Shown in pieces: positions 25,613-40,322 of a stretch of DNA of 64,000 nt; the first letter of the stretch is position 1, and the number at the start of each line of letters is the position of its first letter. The translations under genes and the position numbers were made by a program. Location of the stretch: NCBI RefSeq assembly GCF_004010195.1, contig NC_057752.1:10489830-10553829 (forward strand), written 5' to 3'. Under the pieces are notes generated by a model. It saw nothing but the letters and a program-made list of their open reading frames with translations, searched no databases and was not told the DNA's origin. This stretch comes from Chiloscyllium plagiosum (Eukaryota).

Positions 25613-27349
25613 CAAGTAATGATCAGCTGTTCTCAAGGCCAGTGCAGGATAATGGGGAAAGGGATACAGCAGAAAGAAACTGCATGCAACAACAATAATG
25701 AACAGGAGCAATAGCAGTGCTCTGGATTAACAATGGGTAGGTACAGTGTCAACAGTGCACAGTAACAACCAGCAGGTACAGCGTCAAAACTCCACTGCGA
25801 GAATGGGCAGGAACAATGCCATTGCAACACAGTAACAATGAGAAGAAACAGTGACAACACTGCACAGTAACAGTGGGCAGGAACAATGTTAGCAGCCCAC
25901 AGCAAAAATAGGCAGGAACAGTGGAAACGCTCCTCAGTACTGTGCCGCAGGAACTATATCCACACAGCACAGTGATAATGGGAAAGAACAGTTCCAAGAC
26001 TCCTCAGTAATAATGGCAGCACGAATGCCAGTGTTCCACAGTAACAGCAGGCACCAAGTGTTTCAATACTCCACTGTAACAATGGTCAGGAACAGTGTGA
26101 TCGCTCCTCAGTAACAATTAGCAGGGACAGTGCCCATCTGCCACACTAATAATGGGAGGGCACAGTGACAACACTCCACAGAAACAACGTAATGCAGTGC
26201 CAGTGCCTCCGAGTAACAACAGGCAGAAACAATGTGAGTGCTCCTCAATAACAGTCAGCTAAACAATGCCTGTCCTCCACAGCAATATTGGGAGGAACAA
26301 TGCCTGCATGCAACTGTAACAACAGGCAGGAACAGTGCCAGTGCTCCAGAGTGACAATGGGCACTAACAAGGCCAGCACTCCACAATAACAATCGGCAGG
26401 GCCAGTGCCAACAGTAGACCATACAATTGGCAGGAACAGTGCCACAACTCCACAGGAAGCATAGGCAGGAACAATGCCAGTGTTTCACAGCACCATTGGC
26501 ATGAACAATGACAACATTCTATGGTAACACCAGACTGGACGAATTGCCAGTGCAACACAGTAGCAATGAGCAAGAACATTACCAGTGCCAAACAGTGCCA
26601 ACAGGCAGAAACACTGCCAGTGGTCCAAAATGAGACTGGGCAAGGACAGTGTCAAACTTCCACAGTGAAAATGGGTAGGAAATGTGCTAATGCTCCACAA
26701 TAAAAATTGAAAGGTACAGTGACTATACTCCACAATAGTAATGGGGTAGATACAGTGCCAACACTCCACAGTAACACTGAACAGGAACAGTGCCAACATT
26801 GCACAGTAATAATTAACAGCAACTGTGCCCACGTGACACAATGATAATGGGAAAGAACAGAACCCAAGACAATTCACAACAATGGCAGCAAGAATGCCAA
26901 TGTTTCACAGTAACAATGGGCACCATCAGTGCAAATGCTCCAGAGTAACAATGGGCAGAAACAGTGCGACCAGTCCTCAGTAACAGTGAGCAGGGGCAGT
27001 GCCTATCTGCCACAGTGATTATGGGAAAGTACAGTGTCAACACTCCTCAGTGAAAATTGGCAGGACCAGCTAACAGTCCACAGTAAAAAAAATGGGAAGG
27101 AACAGTGCCAACAATCCACAGAAACAGCAGAAAGGAAAAGGGCCAGTGCCCCAGAGTAATGACAGGCAAAAAACAGTGTGAACGTTCCTCAGTAACCATC
27201 ATCTGAACAGCGCCAAAGCTCCACACAATGGGAGGGTCCCAACTGTAACAATGGGCAGGAACGATGCCAGTGCTCCACAATAACAATCAGGAGGGACAAA
27301 ACTCAACAGTAAGCATGAGAATGAACACGTGTAAAAGCTTCACAGTAAA

Positions 27350-29551
27350 AACCGCTCCATTCCCCCAGCCACACTTCAGAAAGTTAGATCATGGCGCTGT
27401 GTTCCTCCTCCCACCTTACAAGCAGAAGCTGAAAGGGGAGGAAGCTTCACACAAAGATGGATGGTCCGAAGCAGTGGAAGACTGTCTTTGGGACTGCTTG
27501 GAATCTGTGGACTGGACCATGTTCAAGTAGTCAGCGGAAAACCTAGACGAGTATGACACTACCGTCACAGATTTCATTAGTAAATGAGGTCTGTGTACCA
27601 AAGAGGTCAATCCGGGTGTTCCCCAATCAGAAACCTTGGATAAACCGGGAAATCCACACCTTACTGAAGACCAGACACGCAGCATTCAAAGTTGGACGAC
27701 CCAGACCTATACAGAAAATCCTGAGGTGACCTCCACAAAGCCATCAGGGATGCCAAGAGGCAGTACTGGACCGAGTTAGAGGCCCAAACCAACCAAACAG
27801 AAACCCATTGCCTGTGGCAAGGCCTAACTAACATAACAGGATACAAAATGAATCAGAGCAAGATAGAGGGCAAAGACACATCCCTCCCTAATGCGCTCAA
27901 CACTTTCTGTGCCTGGTTCGAGCAGAATGCCAGTGGCATGGTGTCACCTGCCCCGACAGCCTCGGACATACCTGTGCCCACACTCACTGCTGTTGACGTC
28001 AGTTTGGTCATCCTAGGAGTCAACCAAGGGAAAGTGACTGGCCTGGACACAGTCTCCGGCTGTGCACTTAGATCCTCTGCAGACCAACTGGCAGAGGTAG
28101 TCACTGACATCTTCAACCTCTCCCTCTGCAAGCCGAAGTCCCCACCTGCTTCAAGAAGGCCACCATCATCCCAGTACCTAAGAAAGCACATGCAACGTGC
28201 CTTAATGACTACTGTCCAGTGGCTCTAACCACCAAAAATCATGAAGTGCTTCGAGAGGCTGGTCATGGCCCACATCAGTTCTAGTCTTCCCAGCCTGCCT
28301 CCATCCCCTATAATTTGCCTACTGACGTAACAGGTCCTCAGCAAACACCATTATCCTTGCCTTATACTCATCCCTGGAACACCTGGACAAGAAGGACACC
28401 TACATCAGACTCCTGTTCATTGACTACAGCTCCGTCTTCAACACCATGATCCCCTTGAGACTGACCTTAAAACTCAGGCCTAGGTTTCAGTTCCACCCTC
28501 TGTAACTGGATCCTCAGCTTCCTGACCCACAGACCGCAATTCAGTGAGGATAGACAACAGCATCTCCTCCATGATAATACTCAATACTGGAGCCCCCCCA
28601 CCAAGAATGTGTTCTCAGCCCCCTACTGTACTCCCTCTACACCCACAACTGTGTTGCCAATTTCAGAATGAACGCCATCTCCAAGTTTGCTGATAACACC
28701 ACCGTGGTAGGCTGGATATTAAACAACAATGAGTCAGAATACAGGAAGGAGATAGAGGGCTTGGTGACCTGGTGCAATGATAACAATCTCTTTCTCAATG
28801 TCGGCCGAACTAAAGAACTGCTCACTGACGTCAGAAAGAGAGGAGGAGGACATGCCCTTATCGACATCAACGAAGCTGAGATTGAGAGGGTGGACAGTGT
28901 CAAGTTCCTTGGAGTGATGATAAACGAAAACCTGTCCCGGACTTCCCACGTAGATGTGATGGTCCAGAAGATACAACAATGCCTCTTCTTCCTTAGGTGG
29001 CTCAGGAAATTCGGCATGTCCACAAGGTCCCTCACCAACCTTTACAGATGTACAACTGAAAACATACTGTCCCGGTGCATAATGACCTGGTATGGTAACT
29101 GCTCTGCCCAGGACTGGAAGAAACTACAGAAGGTTGGGTGCACAGCCCAGACCATCACGGAGGCCAACCTTCCATCCATGGACTCCATATACACGGCTTG
29201 GAGCCACGGAAAGGCTGCCAACATCATCAAGCATCCATCGCACTCTGGTAATGCTCTCCTCCAACCTCTTCCATCAGGCAGAAAATACAGAAGCTTGAAC
29301 ACACGGACCAGCAGCTTCAGGAACAGCTTCTTCCCTGCTGTTGTTAGACTGATGAATGAACTCTCTAGCTTCAAATAATGCTGATCTTGTTCATGTGGAT
29401 CTTGCCTAGCGCTGCCCTGTGCAGTGTAACCTGTATGCCACTGTACATCCTTGCTCACTATGAACCACCTGTACTGCTCGTAAACAAAGCTTTTCATTGT
29501 ACGTGGGTACATGTCACAATAAATCAATCAAATCAAATCAAATCAAATCAA
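27350..29551 (+). mobile_element. Rex1/Babar LINE, 5'-truncated and frameshifted
   Basis: [60 protein letters not shown]; ends in (ATCAA)n at 29521-29551. Confidence 0.92.
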
Positions 29552-30437
29552 TACTGGCACAAAAAATGGTATTGCCTAACTATAACAGCAGACAAGATCA
29601 GTCTGAGTGCTCCACAGAAACAATGGGCCTGAATAATTCTTTATTGACAATGGTCAGAAACATTGTGAACATCCCACATATTTTTGGCAAGTACTGTGCC
29701 AACTTTCCCCGCTAATAATGTGGGGGAATCCTTCGATCACTCCGCAGAAACACTGGGCAGGAACAGTGCAAGTGCCTCACAGTAACAACGGGAGGAATAG
29801 TGCCAACACTCCGCAGTAACACTGGGCAAGTGAAGTTCCAGCAACACAGGGCCAGAACTGAGTAGAAATTCTGCAGTGACAATGCGCAGGAACATTGCAA
29901 ACATCCAATGTAACAGTGGGCAGCAACAGTGCCAACACTGCACTGGAGGAGGAAAAGTGACACTGCTCTGCAGTATAGGCCAGAACAGTATCACAATTCC
30001 ACAGTGATACTGGGCTGGAACGGTGCCAATGGTGCTTGGTAATAAGGTGAAGAAGTACTGCAAGCACTCTGCAGAAACAATGGGCAGGAAAAATGCCAAC
30101 ACTGCACAGTAACACTGAGGAGCAAAAGTGACAAAATCCCACAGTAACAATGGGCAGATGGAATCTCAAAGTTCCACAGTAAAAATGGGCAGGAGTAGTG
30201 CCAACACTTCACGGCAATACTGGGCATGAACAGTGCCAAGGCGCCACAGTAACATGTTGCAGGTTAAGTGCTAGCGCTCTGCAGAAACAATGGGCAGCAA
30301 CATTGTCAAGGTCCCACAGTAATAATGAAGAGGAAGCCAGTGAGGACTCTACAGGAACAAGGCCACAGTAATACAGGGAGGAAATTTGATCCACAGTAAC
30401 AATGGGCCAGAACAGCATCAACATTTGAATGGCAATA

Positions 30438-32437
30438 AGAGACATAAAATATAGGAGCAGGAGTAGACCATTTGGCCCTTTGAGCTTGCTCCTCCATTCA
30501 ATATGATCATCCAACTCAATCCGCTGTTCTTGCTTCCTCCCCACACCATTTGGTCCCTTTAGCCCTAACGTATAATGACCCTCTGACTCTAAATAGACCT
30601 ACTTCCTTCTTGAAAACATTCAGTGTTTTGGCCTCAATCACTTTCTTGGCAAAGACATTCCACAGGTGTACCACTGAAGAAATTTATTCTCATCTCTGTC
30701 CTAAAAGCCTGAACTCTTATCCTAAGACTGCCAGCCCTGGTTCTGGACTCTCAGGGAATCGAGAAAGTCCTTCCTGCATTTACTTTGTCCACTCCTGTTA
30801 GAATTTTATAGGTTTCTATGAGATTCTTCGAAACTCAAGTGAATCTAGTCTTAACTGATCCAGTCTCTCTTCATATGTCAGCCTCGCCATCCCAGGAATC
30901 AGTCTGGTAGACTTTCTTTACACTTCCTCAATAACCCAAACATCTTTCCTCTGGTAATGAGACCAAAACTGCATACAATACTTCAGGTGTGGTCTTACCA
31001 GTGCCCCGTACAACTGCAGGAAGACATCCCTGCTCCTGTACTATGATGGCTAACATACCATCTGCCTTTCTCGCCTGCTGCACCTGCAGGCTTACTTTCA
31101 GTGACTGATGTACAAGGACACCAACATCTCATTGAACCTCCATATTTCCCAATCTATCACCTTTCAGATAACAATCTGCCTGCTTTGCCTTTGCTACAAA
31201 AGTGGACAACCTCAAATTTATCCACACTGTACTGTATCTGCCATGTATTTGCCCTCTTCCTTAACTTGCCCAAATCATACTGAAGCTTCTCTGCATCATC
31301 CTCTCAGTTCATCCTCTCACCCATCTTTGTGACATCTGCAGACCTGGAGATATTATATTTAGTTCCTTCATCGAAATCATTAACAAATATTGTGACTAAC
31401 TGGGGCCCAAGCATTGATTCCTGCGGTACCCCACTTTATCTGCCACTCAGATAAAAACCTGTGAGTTCTGAGGAAGGGTTATTCAACCCAAAACATTAAC
31501 TATGATTTTTCTTCACAGGTGCTGCCAGACCTACTGAGCTTTTCCAGCGAATTCTATTTTTCTTTCTGATTTACAACATCCTCAGTTCTCTGGGTTTTTA
31601 CCTGTTTATTATTACTGTGTGTTTCCTGTCTGCCAGCCAGTTCTGTATCCATGTCAGTACATGACCTCCGACCCCATGTGCTTTAATTTCACATGCTAAT
31701 CTTTTATATAAGACATTATATGAAAACTTTCTGAAAATCCAAGTAAACCATATCCACTGACTTCCCTTTATCCACTCTCCTAATTACATCCTGAAAATAT
31801 TCCAGCAGATTTGTCAAGCTCAACTTCCCCATCGTACATCGATACTGAGTCTGTCCTATCTTATCATTATCTTCCAAGTGCTCCACTACTAAATCTTTTA
31901 TAATGGACTCCAGCATTTTCCCCACTATCGATGTCATGCCAACCAGTCTAAAATTTGCTTTTTTTTTCTCTCTCTGCCTACCTTCTGAAATACATTGTTT
32001 GACTTCCAATCCATAGCAACTGTTCCTGAGTCTACAGAATTTTGAAGGTGACCAATCGTGCAACTGCTATTTCTAGGGCCACTTCTTCAGGTACTCTGGG
32101 AAGTAAATTATCAGGCCCTAGGCATTTATCTGCTTTTAATCCCATTAACTTCCTCAACACAATTTCTCCACTGATATCTCTCAAATCTTCCTTCCTAATA
32201 GGTCCTGTATCCTCCCATATTTTTGGGATGGTATTGTGCCGTCCTTTGTGGAGACAGAACAAAACTATGTACTTAACTGGTCTGCCATCTCTTTGTTCTC
32301 CATTATAAAATGTCCCTGTTCCGGACTGGAAGGGAATATTTGTCTTTACTACAATTTTGTATGTTCCCTGGAAGCTGCCTCTCATACCCTATTTTCCCCT
32401 GCTTAATCAGTAACTTTGTCTCCCTTCCCTGGAACCT
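30438..32437 (-). mobile_element. CR1 LINE, degenerate, with small PLE insert at ~31465-31600
   Basis: LKADKCLGPDNLLPRV, NFRLVGMTSIVGKMLESIIKD, VDMVYLDFQK. Confidence 0.9.
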
Positions 32438-33702
32438 AAACATTGCCAACACATCACGGAAAACTGCACGGGAACTGTGCCAAACTCCCGTAGTAACAAT
32501 GGGCCAGAGCTGTATCACAATTCTGCAGTGATAATCGGAAGCAACATTGCCAACGTCCCACATAACAGTGGACAGGAACAGTGCCAAAATGGCAAATTAA
32601 TTTGTGAAAGAATCCTGCCGGTACTCCACAGCAACACTGGGCAGGAACAGTGTCAACAACACACAATAACACTGGGCAGGAACAGAATCATTACTCCACA
32701 GAACACAGGGCAGGAACAGTACTAACATTGCACAGGAACACTGGGCAGGAACAATGTCAACACTCCACAGTAAGACTGGGCACGAACAGACTCATTACTC
32801 CACAGTAACACTGGGCAGGAACAGCATTAACACCACACAGAGTAACACTGGGTAGGAACAGTATCAACACTCCACAGTAACACTGTGCATGGACAGTGTC
32901 AACACTCCACAGTAACACTGGGCATGGACAGTGTCAACACTCCACAGTAACACTAGGCAGGAACAGAATCATTATTCCACAGAACACAGGGCAGGAACAG
33001 TACTAACATCGCAGAGGAACACGGGGCAGGAACAAAGGCAACACTCCACAGTAAGACTGGGCACGAACAGACTCATTACTCCACAGTAACACTAGGCAGG
33101 AACAGTATTAACACCACACAGAGTAACACTGGGCAGGAACAGTATCAACACTCCACAGTAACACTGGGCATGGACAGTGTCAACACTCCACAGTAACACT
33201 GGGCATGGACAGTGTCAACACTCCACAGTAACACTGGGCAGGAACAGTGTCAACAGGCCACAGTAACACTGCGCAGGAACAGTATCAACACCACACAGTA
33301 ACACTGGGGAGGAACAGTGCAACACCCCACAGTAACACTGTCCAGGAACAGTATCAGCACCACACAGTAACACTGGGGAGGAACAGTGAAACACCCCACA
33401 GTAACACTGTGCAGGAACAGTATCACCACCACACAGTAACACTGGCAGGAACAGTATTTACTCTCCACAGTAACACTGGGCATGGACAGTATCAACACTC
33501 CACAGTAACACAGGGCAGGATCATTGCATCACTCCACAGTAACACTGGGCAGGAACAGTATGAACACTCCACAGTAAGACTGGGTTGGAACAGTACAAAC
33601 ACCACACAGGAACACTGGGAAGGAACAGTGTTAACACTCCACAGTAACACTGGGCAGGAACAGTATCAACACTCCACACTAACACTGGGCAGGAACAGTA
33701 TC

Positions 33703-34584
33703 NNNNNNNNNNNNNNNNNNNNNNNNNNNNNNNNNNNNNNNNNNNNNNNNNNNNNNNNNNNNNNNNNNNNNNNNNNNNNNNNNNNNNNNNNNNNNNNNNN
33801 NNNNNNNNNNNNNNNNNNNNNNNNNNNNNNNNNNNNNNNNNNNNNNNNNNNNNNNNNNNNNNNNNNNNNNNNNNNNNNNNNNNNNNNNNNNNNNNNNNNN
33901 NNNNNNNNNNNNNNNNNNNNNNNNNNNNNNNNNNNNNNNNNNNNNNNNNNNNNNNNNNNNNNNNNNNNNNNNNNNNNNNNNNNNNNNNNNNNNNNNNNNN
34001 NNNNNNNNNNNNNNNNNNNNNNNNNNNNNNNNNNNNNNNNNNNNNNNNNNNNNNNNNNNNNNNNNNNNNNNNNNNNNNNNNNNNNNNNNNNNNNNNNNNN
34101 NNNNNNNNNNNNNNNNNNNNNNNNNNNNNNNNNNNNNNNNNNNNNNNNNNNNNNNNNNNNNNNNNNNNNNNNNNNNNNNNNNNNNNNNNNNNNNNNNNNN
34201 NNNNNNNNNNNNNNNNNNNNNNNNNNNNNNNNNNNNNNNNNNNNNNNNNNNNNNNNNNNNNNNNNNNNNNNNNNNNNNNNNNNNNNNNNNNNNNNNNNNN
34301 NNNNNNNNNNNNNNNNNNNNNNNNNNNNNNNNNNNNNNNNNNNNNNNNNNNNNNNNNNNNNNNNNNNNNNNNNNNNNNNNNNNNNNNNNNNNNNNNNNNN
34401 NNNNNNNNNNNNNNNNNNNNNNNNNNNNNNNNNNNNNNNNNNNNNNNNNNNNNNNNNNNNNNNNNNNNNNNNNNNNNNNNNNNNNNNNNNNNNNNNNNNN
34501 NNNNNNNNNNNNNNNNNNNNNNNNNNNNNNNNNNNNNNNNNNNNNNNNNNNNNNNNNNNNNNNNNNNNNNNNNNNNNNNNNNNN
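33703..34584. other. Assembly gap inside the satellite
   Basis: Run of N. Confidence 1.
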
Positions 34585-37099
34585 GCAGGAACAGTATCAA
34601 CACTCCACAGTAACACTGGGCATGGACAGTATCAACACTCCACACTAACACTGGGCAGGAACAGTATCAATACCACACAGTAACACTGTGCAGGAACAGT
34701 ATTACTGGGCAGGAACAGTATTACCACCACACAGAGTAACACTGGGCAGGAACAGTATCAACACTCCACAGTAACACTGGGCATGGACAGTGTCAACACT
34801 CCACAGTAACACTGGGCATGGACAGTGTCAACACTCCACAGTAACACTGGACATGGACAGTGTCAACAGGCCACAGTAACACTGCGCAGGAACAGTATCA
34901 ACACTCCACAGTAACACTGGGCATGGACAGTGTCAACACTCCACAGTAACACTGGGCAGGAACAGTGTCAATAGGCCACAGTAACATGGCGCAGGAACAG
35001 TATCAACACTCCACAGTAACACTGGGCATGGACAGTGTCAAAACTCAACAGTAACACTGGGCAGGAACAGTGTCAACAGGCCACAGTAACACTGGGCAGG
35101 AACAGTATCAACACTACACAATAACATTGGGCAGGAACAGTATCAACACGCCACAGTAACACTGGGCATGGACAGTGTCAACACTCCACAGTAACACTGG
35201 GCATGGACAGTGTCAACACTCCTCAGTAACACTGGGCAGGAACAGTGTCAACAGGCCACAGTAACACTGCGCAGGAACAGTATCAACACCACACAGTAAC
35301 ACTGGGGAGGAACAGTGCAACACCCCACAGTAACACTGGGCGAGAACAGTATCAACACCACACAGTAACACTGGGCAGGAACAGTATCAACACTCCACAG
35401 TAACACTGGGCAGGAACAGTATTAACACTCCACAGTAACACTGGGCAGGAACAGTGTCAACAGTCCACAGTAACACTGCGCAGGAACAGTGTCAACACTC
35501 CACAATAACACTGCGCAGGAACAGTGCAACACTCCACAGTAACACTGGGCATGGACAGTATCAACATTCCACAGTAACACTGGGCAGGAACAGTATCAAT
35601 ACCACACAGTAACACTGGTCAGGAACAATGTTAACATTCCACAGTAACACTGGGCATGGACAGTATCAACACTCCACAGTAACACTGGGCAGGAACAGTG
35701 TCAACACTCCACAGTAACACTGGGCAGGGACAGTGTCAACACTCCACAGTAACACTGTACAGTAACAGTGTCAACAATTCACAGTAACACTGTGCAGGAA
35801 CAGTGTCAACAATACACAGTAACACTGGGCAGGAACAGTGTCAACACTCCACAGTAACACTGGGCAGGAATAGTACCAACACTCCACAGTAACACTGGGC
35901 ATCGATAGTGTCAACACTCCACAGCAACAGTGGGCATGGACAGTGTCAACACTCCACACTAACACTGGGCAGCAACAGTGTCAACATTCCACAGTAACAC
36001 TGGGCAGGAACAGTATCAACACTCCACAGTAACACTGGGCATGGACAGTGTCAACACTCCACACTAACACTGGGCAGCAACGGTGTCAACATTCCACAGT
36101 AACACTGGGCAGGAACAGTATCAACACTCCACAGAAACACTGGGCAGGAACAGTGTTAACACTCCACAGTAACACTGGGCAGGAACAATGTCAACACTGC
36201 ACAGAAAGACTGGGTAGGAACAGTACCAACTCCACACAGTAACACTGGGAAGGAACAGTGTCAAAACTCAACAGTAACACTGGGCATGGACAGTGTTAAC
36301 ATTCCACAGTAATACTGCGCAGGAACAGTATCAACACCACACAGTAACATTAGGCAGGAACAGTATCAACACTCCACAGTACCACTGGGCAGGAACAATG
36401 TCAACACTCCACAGCAACATTGCGCAGGAACAGTGTCAACACTGCACAGTAACACTGGGTAGGAACAGTACCAACACCATACAGTAACACTGGGAAGGAA
36501 CAGTCTCAACAGTCCACAGTAACACTGCGCAGGAACAGTATCAACACCACACAGTAACACTGGGCAGGAACAGTGTCAACACTCCACAGTAACACTGGGC
36601 AGGAACAGTATTATGACTCCATACTAACACTGTGCAGGAACAGTGTCAACACTCCACAGTAAGACTGCGCAGGAACATTGCAACACTCCACAGTAACACT
36701 GGGCAGAATAAGTATTAACACTACACAGTAACACTGGGCATGGACAGTATCAACACTCCACACTAACACTGGGCAGGAACAGTATCAACACTCCACAGTA
36801 ACACTGGGCATGGACAGTGTCAACACTCCACAGTAACACTGGGCAGAAACAGTATCAACACTCCACAGTAACACTGGGCATGGACAGTGTCAACACTCCA
36901 CAGTAACACTGGGCAGGAACAGTGTCAACAGGCCACAGTAACACTGCGCAGGAACAGTATTAACACTACACAGTAACACTGGGCATGGACAGTATCAACA
37001 CTCCACACTAACACTGGGCAGAAACAGTATCAATACCACACAGTAACACTGTGCAGGAACAGTATTACTGGGCAGGAACAGTTTTAACACCACACAGAG

Positions 37100-37599
37100 N
37101 NNNNNNNNNNNNNNNNNNNNNNNNNNNNNNNNNNNNNNNNNNNNNNNNNNNNNNNNNNNNNNNNNNNNNNNNNNNNNNNNNNNNNNNNNNNNNNNNNNNN
37201 NNNNNNNNNNNNNNNNNNNNNNNNNNNNNNNNNNNNNNNNNNNNNNNNNNNNNNNNNNNNNNNNNNNNNNNNNNNNNNNNNNNNNNNNNNNNNNNNNNNN
37301 NNNNNNNNNNNNNNNNNNNNNNNNNNNNNNNNNNNNNNNNNNNNNNNNNNNNNNNNNNNNNNNNNNNNNNNNNNNNNNNNNNNNNNNNNNNNNNNNNNNN
37401 NNNNNNNNNNNNNNNNNNNNNNNNNNNNNNNNNNNNNNNNNNNNNNNNNNNNNNNNNNNNNNNNNNNNNNNNNNNNNNNNNNNNNNNNNNNNNNNNNNNN
37501 NNNNNNNNNNNNNNNNNNNNNNNNNNNNNNNNNNNNNNNNNNNNNNNNNNNNNNNNNNNNNNNNNNNNNNNNNNNNNNNNNNNNNNNNNNNNNNNNNNN
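37100..37599. other. Assembly gap (exactly 500 N, probably a placeholder size)
   Basis: Run of N. Confidence 1.
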
Positions 37600-38613
37600 T
37601 TCTCGAGGACATTGAGCAATGGGGAACAAATGCTGGCCCAGGCAGCAACATTCACATCCCACGAAAGAACAAAAAAAACTTTCATGTGCAAGATTATAGG
37701 GAAAAGGCACGATATCGGACGTAAATCAAAATGCTCAGGGACCAATTGCAGATACAAAGGGCTGAATGGCCTCCTTCAGCACCATAACAAACCTGTGATT
37801 CTGTGCAGACTGAGGATTGAGCAAGCCTTGACTGTATGGTCAAGTGCCAAACCACAATATGTATTCATTCATACAGTTACATGGCTCATTTGGATTGGAT
37901 CAGTTGTAATGCTGGAGTCATTCACAAAGTCTATTCAAGTGTGAAAAGGGATTACGTGTGTGGTATTTACTGCCTCATTACTGTGAGTTTCCACTGTCTA
38001 ATTATGCTAATTGCCATGTTTAATCAGTGCAGCCTTTGGATTCTGCTTCACAGTTGGTTAATCAAAGCTAACCCCCAGAGCACCAGATTGCACCATTCTG
38101 CATCACTGTTGTTTCCCGTTACCCAGATTTTCAAGAGGCATGTCTACTCTCCCCTGTCTGATTGATTGCTGATCGCTACCATCAGCTCACTAACTCTTGG
38201 CTTTTGTCGATGGAAATGTCTGAAGCTCCTTCATTCTCTCGGGGGCATAATCACTGGCCCCTCGGCCAAACCAGAAAGTCCTGCACAATTCCGAATCGCA
38301 CAGCTCTGTCCGCAGTCAATGGTCAACTTGTGAACTATGCAGCATGGTAAAGCTTTCCTTGCCCATCTGTTGGCACCTGTCGAAAGGCTGAGCACTCAAG
38401 AAGGTGATGAATAATTTACTTCCACCCCTCCGATAGCATTGATTCTTCATGAGGGCCAGTGCAATACTAACTAAGTTGCCAACTTTCATGTCCGTGTCAC
38501 TGGCCATTGGACCACAAGTGGCATCTGAGCTCAGGCAAAACTTGGCCCTGTCCGTTGTTTAAGTGGGCTGCTGCATTTCTTGCAGGATTGGTTAATTAGT
38601 GGCCAGAATTTGT

Positions 38614-38933
38614 GGGCGGCACGGTGGCACAGTGGTTAGCACTGCTGCCTCACAGCGCCTGAGACCCGGGTTCAATTCCCGCCTCAGGCGACTGACTGTG
38701 TGGAGTTTGCACATTCTCCCCGTGTCTGTGGGGGTTTTCCTCCGGGTGCTCCGGTTTCCTCCCACAGTCTAAAGATGTGCAGGTCAGGTGAATTGGCCAT
38801 GCTAAATTGTCCCATAGTGTTAGGTAAGGGGTAAATGTAGTGGTATGGGTGGGTTGCACTTCGGCGGGTCGGTGTGGACTTGTTGGGCCGAAGGGCCTGT
38901 TTCCACACTGTAATGTAATGTAATCTAATCTAA
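38614..38933 (+). mobile_element. Young HE1-type SINE
   Basis: A-box TGGCACAGTGG, B-box GGTTCAATTCC, V-domain, (TAATC)n tail. Confidence 0.95.
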
Positions 38934-39324
38934 ATAGAATGTTCACACACCATCTAATAAAGGCCAGAGGCAGGCTTTCTTAATGAAAAGAGCAATTGGA
39001 GACCCTCTTGCACCCCAGGAGTTGGAGTCTGCCATTGTAGGGATGGGAAAGAGAGAGGAAACACGCAATGCGGGTGCCTTTTCTAGCACTTTTTACAAGA
39101 CTGAGGGAAAGAAATGACCCCCATATTGGGGGAACCGGTAGGAGAGCCAGAGAATCCAATTCTTCCTGAGGGACAGGTGGCTTTCCACATCCAATCCAAC
39201 ATCCAGGAAAATAGTCAGGGGTCAGGATCCTGGCGAGGACTGACACACCAGTTGGCGTCAGGAAATTTCCCACCCGAGCCTGCCTCCATCCTTTTTTATT
39301 TAATTCTGCCAGAGAATGTGGTCA

Positions 39325-39575
39325 CCAGGAGCAAAGCCAGCATTTGTTACCGTCCCAAATTGCCCTTGAGCTGAATGGCTTGTTTGGCCACTTCAGCATA
39401 TTCCTGTGGGTCGGAAATTCCCATGTGAGCCAGACCAGGTCAGGACGGAGGATTTGCTTCCCAAAAGGAGATGAGTGAACCAGCTGTCGTGGTGGGATTT
39501 GAACCAATGGCCCTAGTGCAGTAGCCTGGGCCTCTGGATTACTACTCCAGTGACATTGTCACTCCACTGCCATCT
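39325..39575 (-). mobile_element. Deu-domain SINE (degenerate)
   Basis: AGCCAGCATTTGTTACCGTCCCAAATTGCC and CCAGACCAGGTCAGGACGGAGGATTT are reverse complements of the SacSINE1-like tail and core. Confidence 0.6.
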
Positions 39576-39989
39576 CCAAATCTGCCTGTGGGAATGAAAA
39601 TCAGGTCAGTATTCACAGTGATGGACTCCCCGTGAGAGGATGAAATCTGTATTCCACAGGGGACAGTGTTACACTTCACTAGGTGGCACACTCTAAATCA
39701 AACTCTCCTATTCCAGGAGTCTCCACAAATATTAATGGTTCGAAACAAGTACCGACAATTCCCCATCTTTTAGAGCTATGTTGACAGAAAGCACAGACCA
39801 GGTTTCTGCACTGACCAAGAATCACTATTCCGTATAAATAAAAAGACTGTAGCTACAGGCTAATCAACTAGGAACAGTCAGCAAATAAATCTGCTAATTA
39901 AAACTCTAACCTTCTTATAAAATCTCTTTACACACACACACACAAAGAATGTGTGTTATGGGTGGAGGGACAATTGCAAAAGTACTTCA

Positions 39990-40296
39990 GTGGCATGGTG
40001 GCTCAGTGGTGGGCACTGTGGCCTCATAGTGCCAAGGACCTGGGTTTGATCCTACCCTCAGGGAACTGTCTGTGTGGAGTTTGCACATTCTTCCCATGTC
40101 TGCATGGGTGTACTCCAGTTTCCTCCCACAGTCCAACCAAAAATGCGCAGGTTAGGTAGGTTGGCCATACTAAATTACCTATAGGATTATCCATGGGAAA
40201 TGCAGGTTAGGGAGTGTCTGGGTGGAATATTCTTCAGAGGATCGGTGTGGACTTGATAGACTGAATGGCCTCCTTCCATACTGACAGGATTCTATG
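39990..40296 (+). mobile_element. HE1-type SINE
   Basis: GGCATGGTGGCTCAGTGG head; TGTGTGGAGTTTGCACATTCT V-domain. Confidence 0.88.
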
Positions 40297-40322
40297 AAAA
40301 TCTATAGTCTCTCCCTGCTCAC

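Larger units (their letters stand above)
25650..37099 (+). repeat. 35-bp tandem satellite, interrupted by two LINEs and a gap
   Basis: Unit CACTCCACAGTAACACTGGGCAGGAACAGTGTCAA; degenerate at 25650-27345 and 29555-30430, homogeneous from ~32620 to 37099. Confidence 0.95.

Noticed and set aside
31467..31500. Hammerhead-like motifs at ~31468, 55621, 46041, 25510 and 6433
   Set aside because: The GAAA or CTGANGA core is mutated; counted only as decayed PLE copies
33247..34683. Long ORFs (also 4407-5076, 36995-37944, 47710-49211)
   Set aside because: Their length comes from N-gap runs
25633..36560. Cys-rich and His/Thr-rich ORFs
   Set aside because: They are translations of the 35-bp satellite; the period is not a multiple of 3 and frames are repeatedly broken
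32620..37099. CRISPR-like regular 35-bp repeats
   Set aside because: Units are head-to-tail with no unique spacers, there are no cas genes, and the context is eukaryotic
32620..37099. RSS heptamer-like CACAGTA/CACTGTG in the satellite
   Set aside because: No ACAAAAACC nonamer at 12/23 spacing and no V/J segments nearby
38614..38690. tRNA gene
   Set aside because: The A/B boxes belong to the tRNA-derived head of an HE1 SINE and continue into the SINE body
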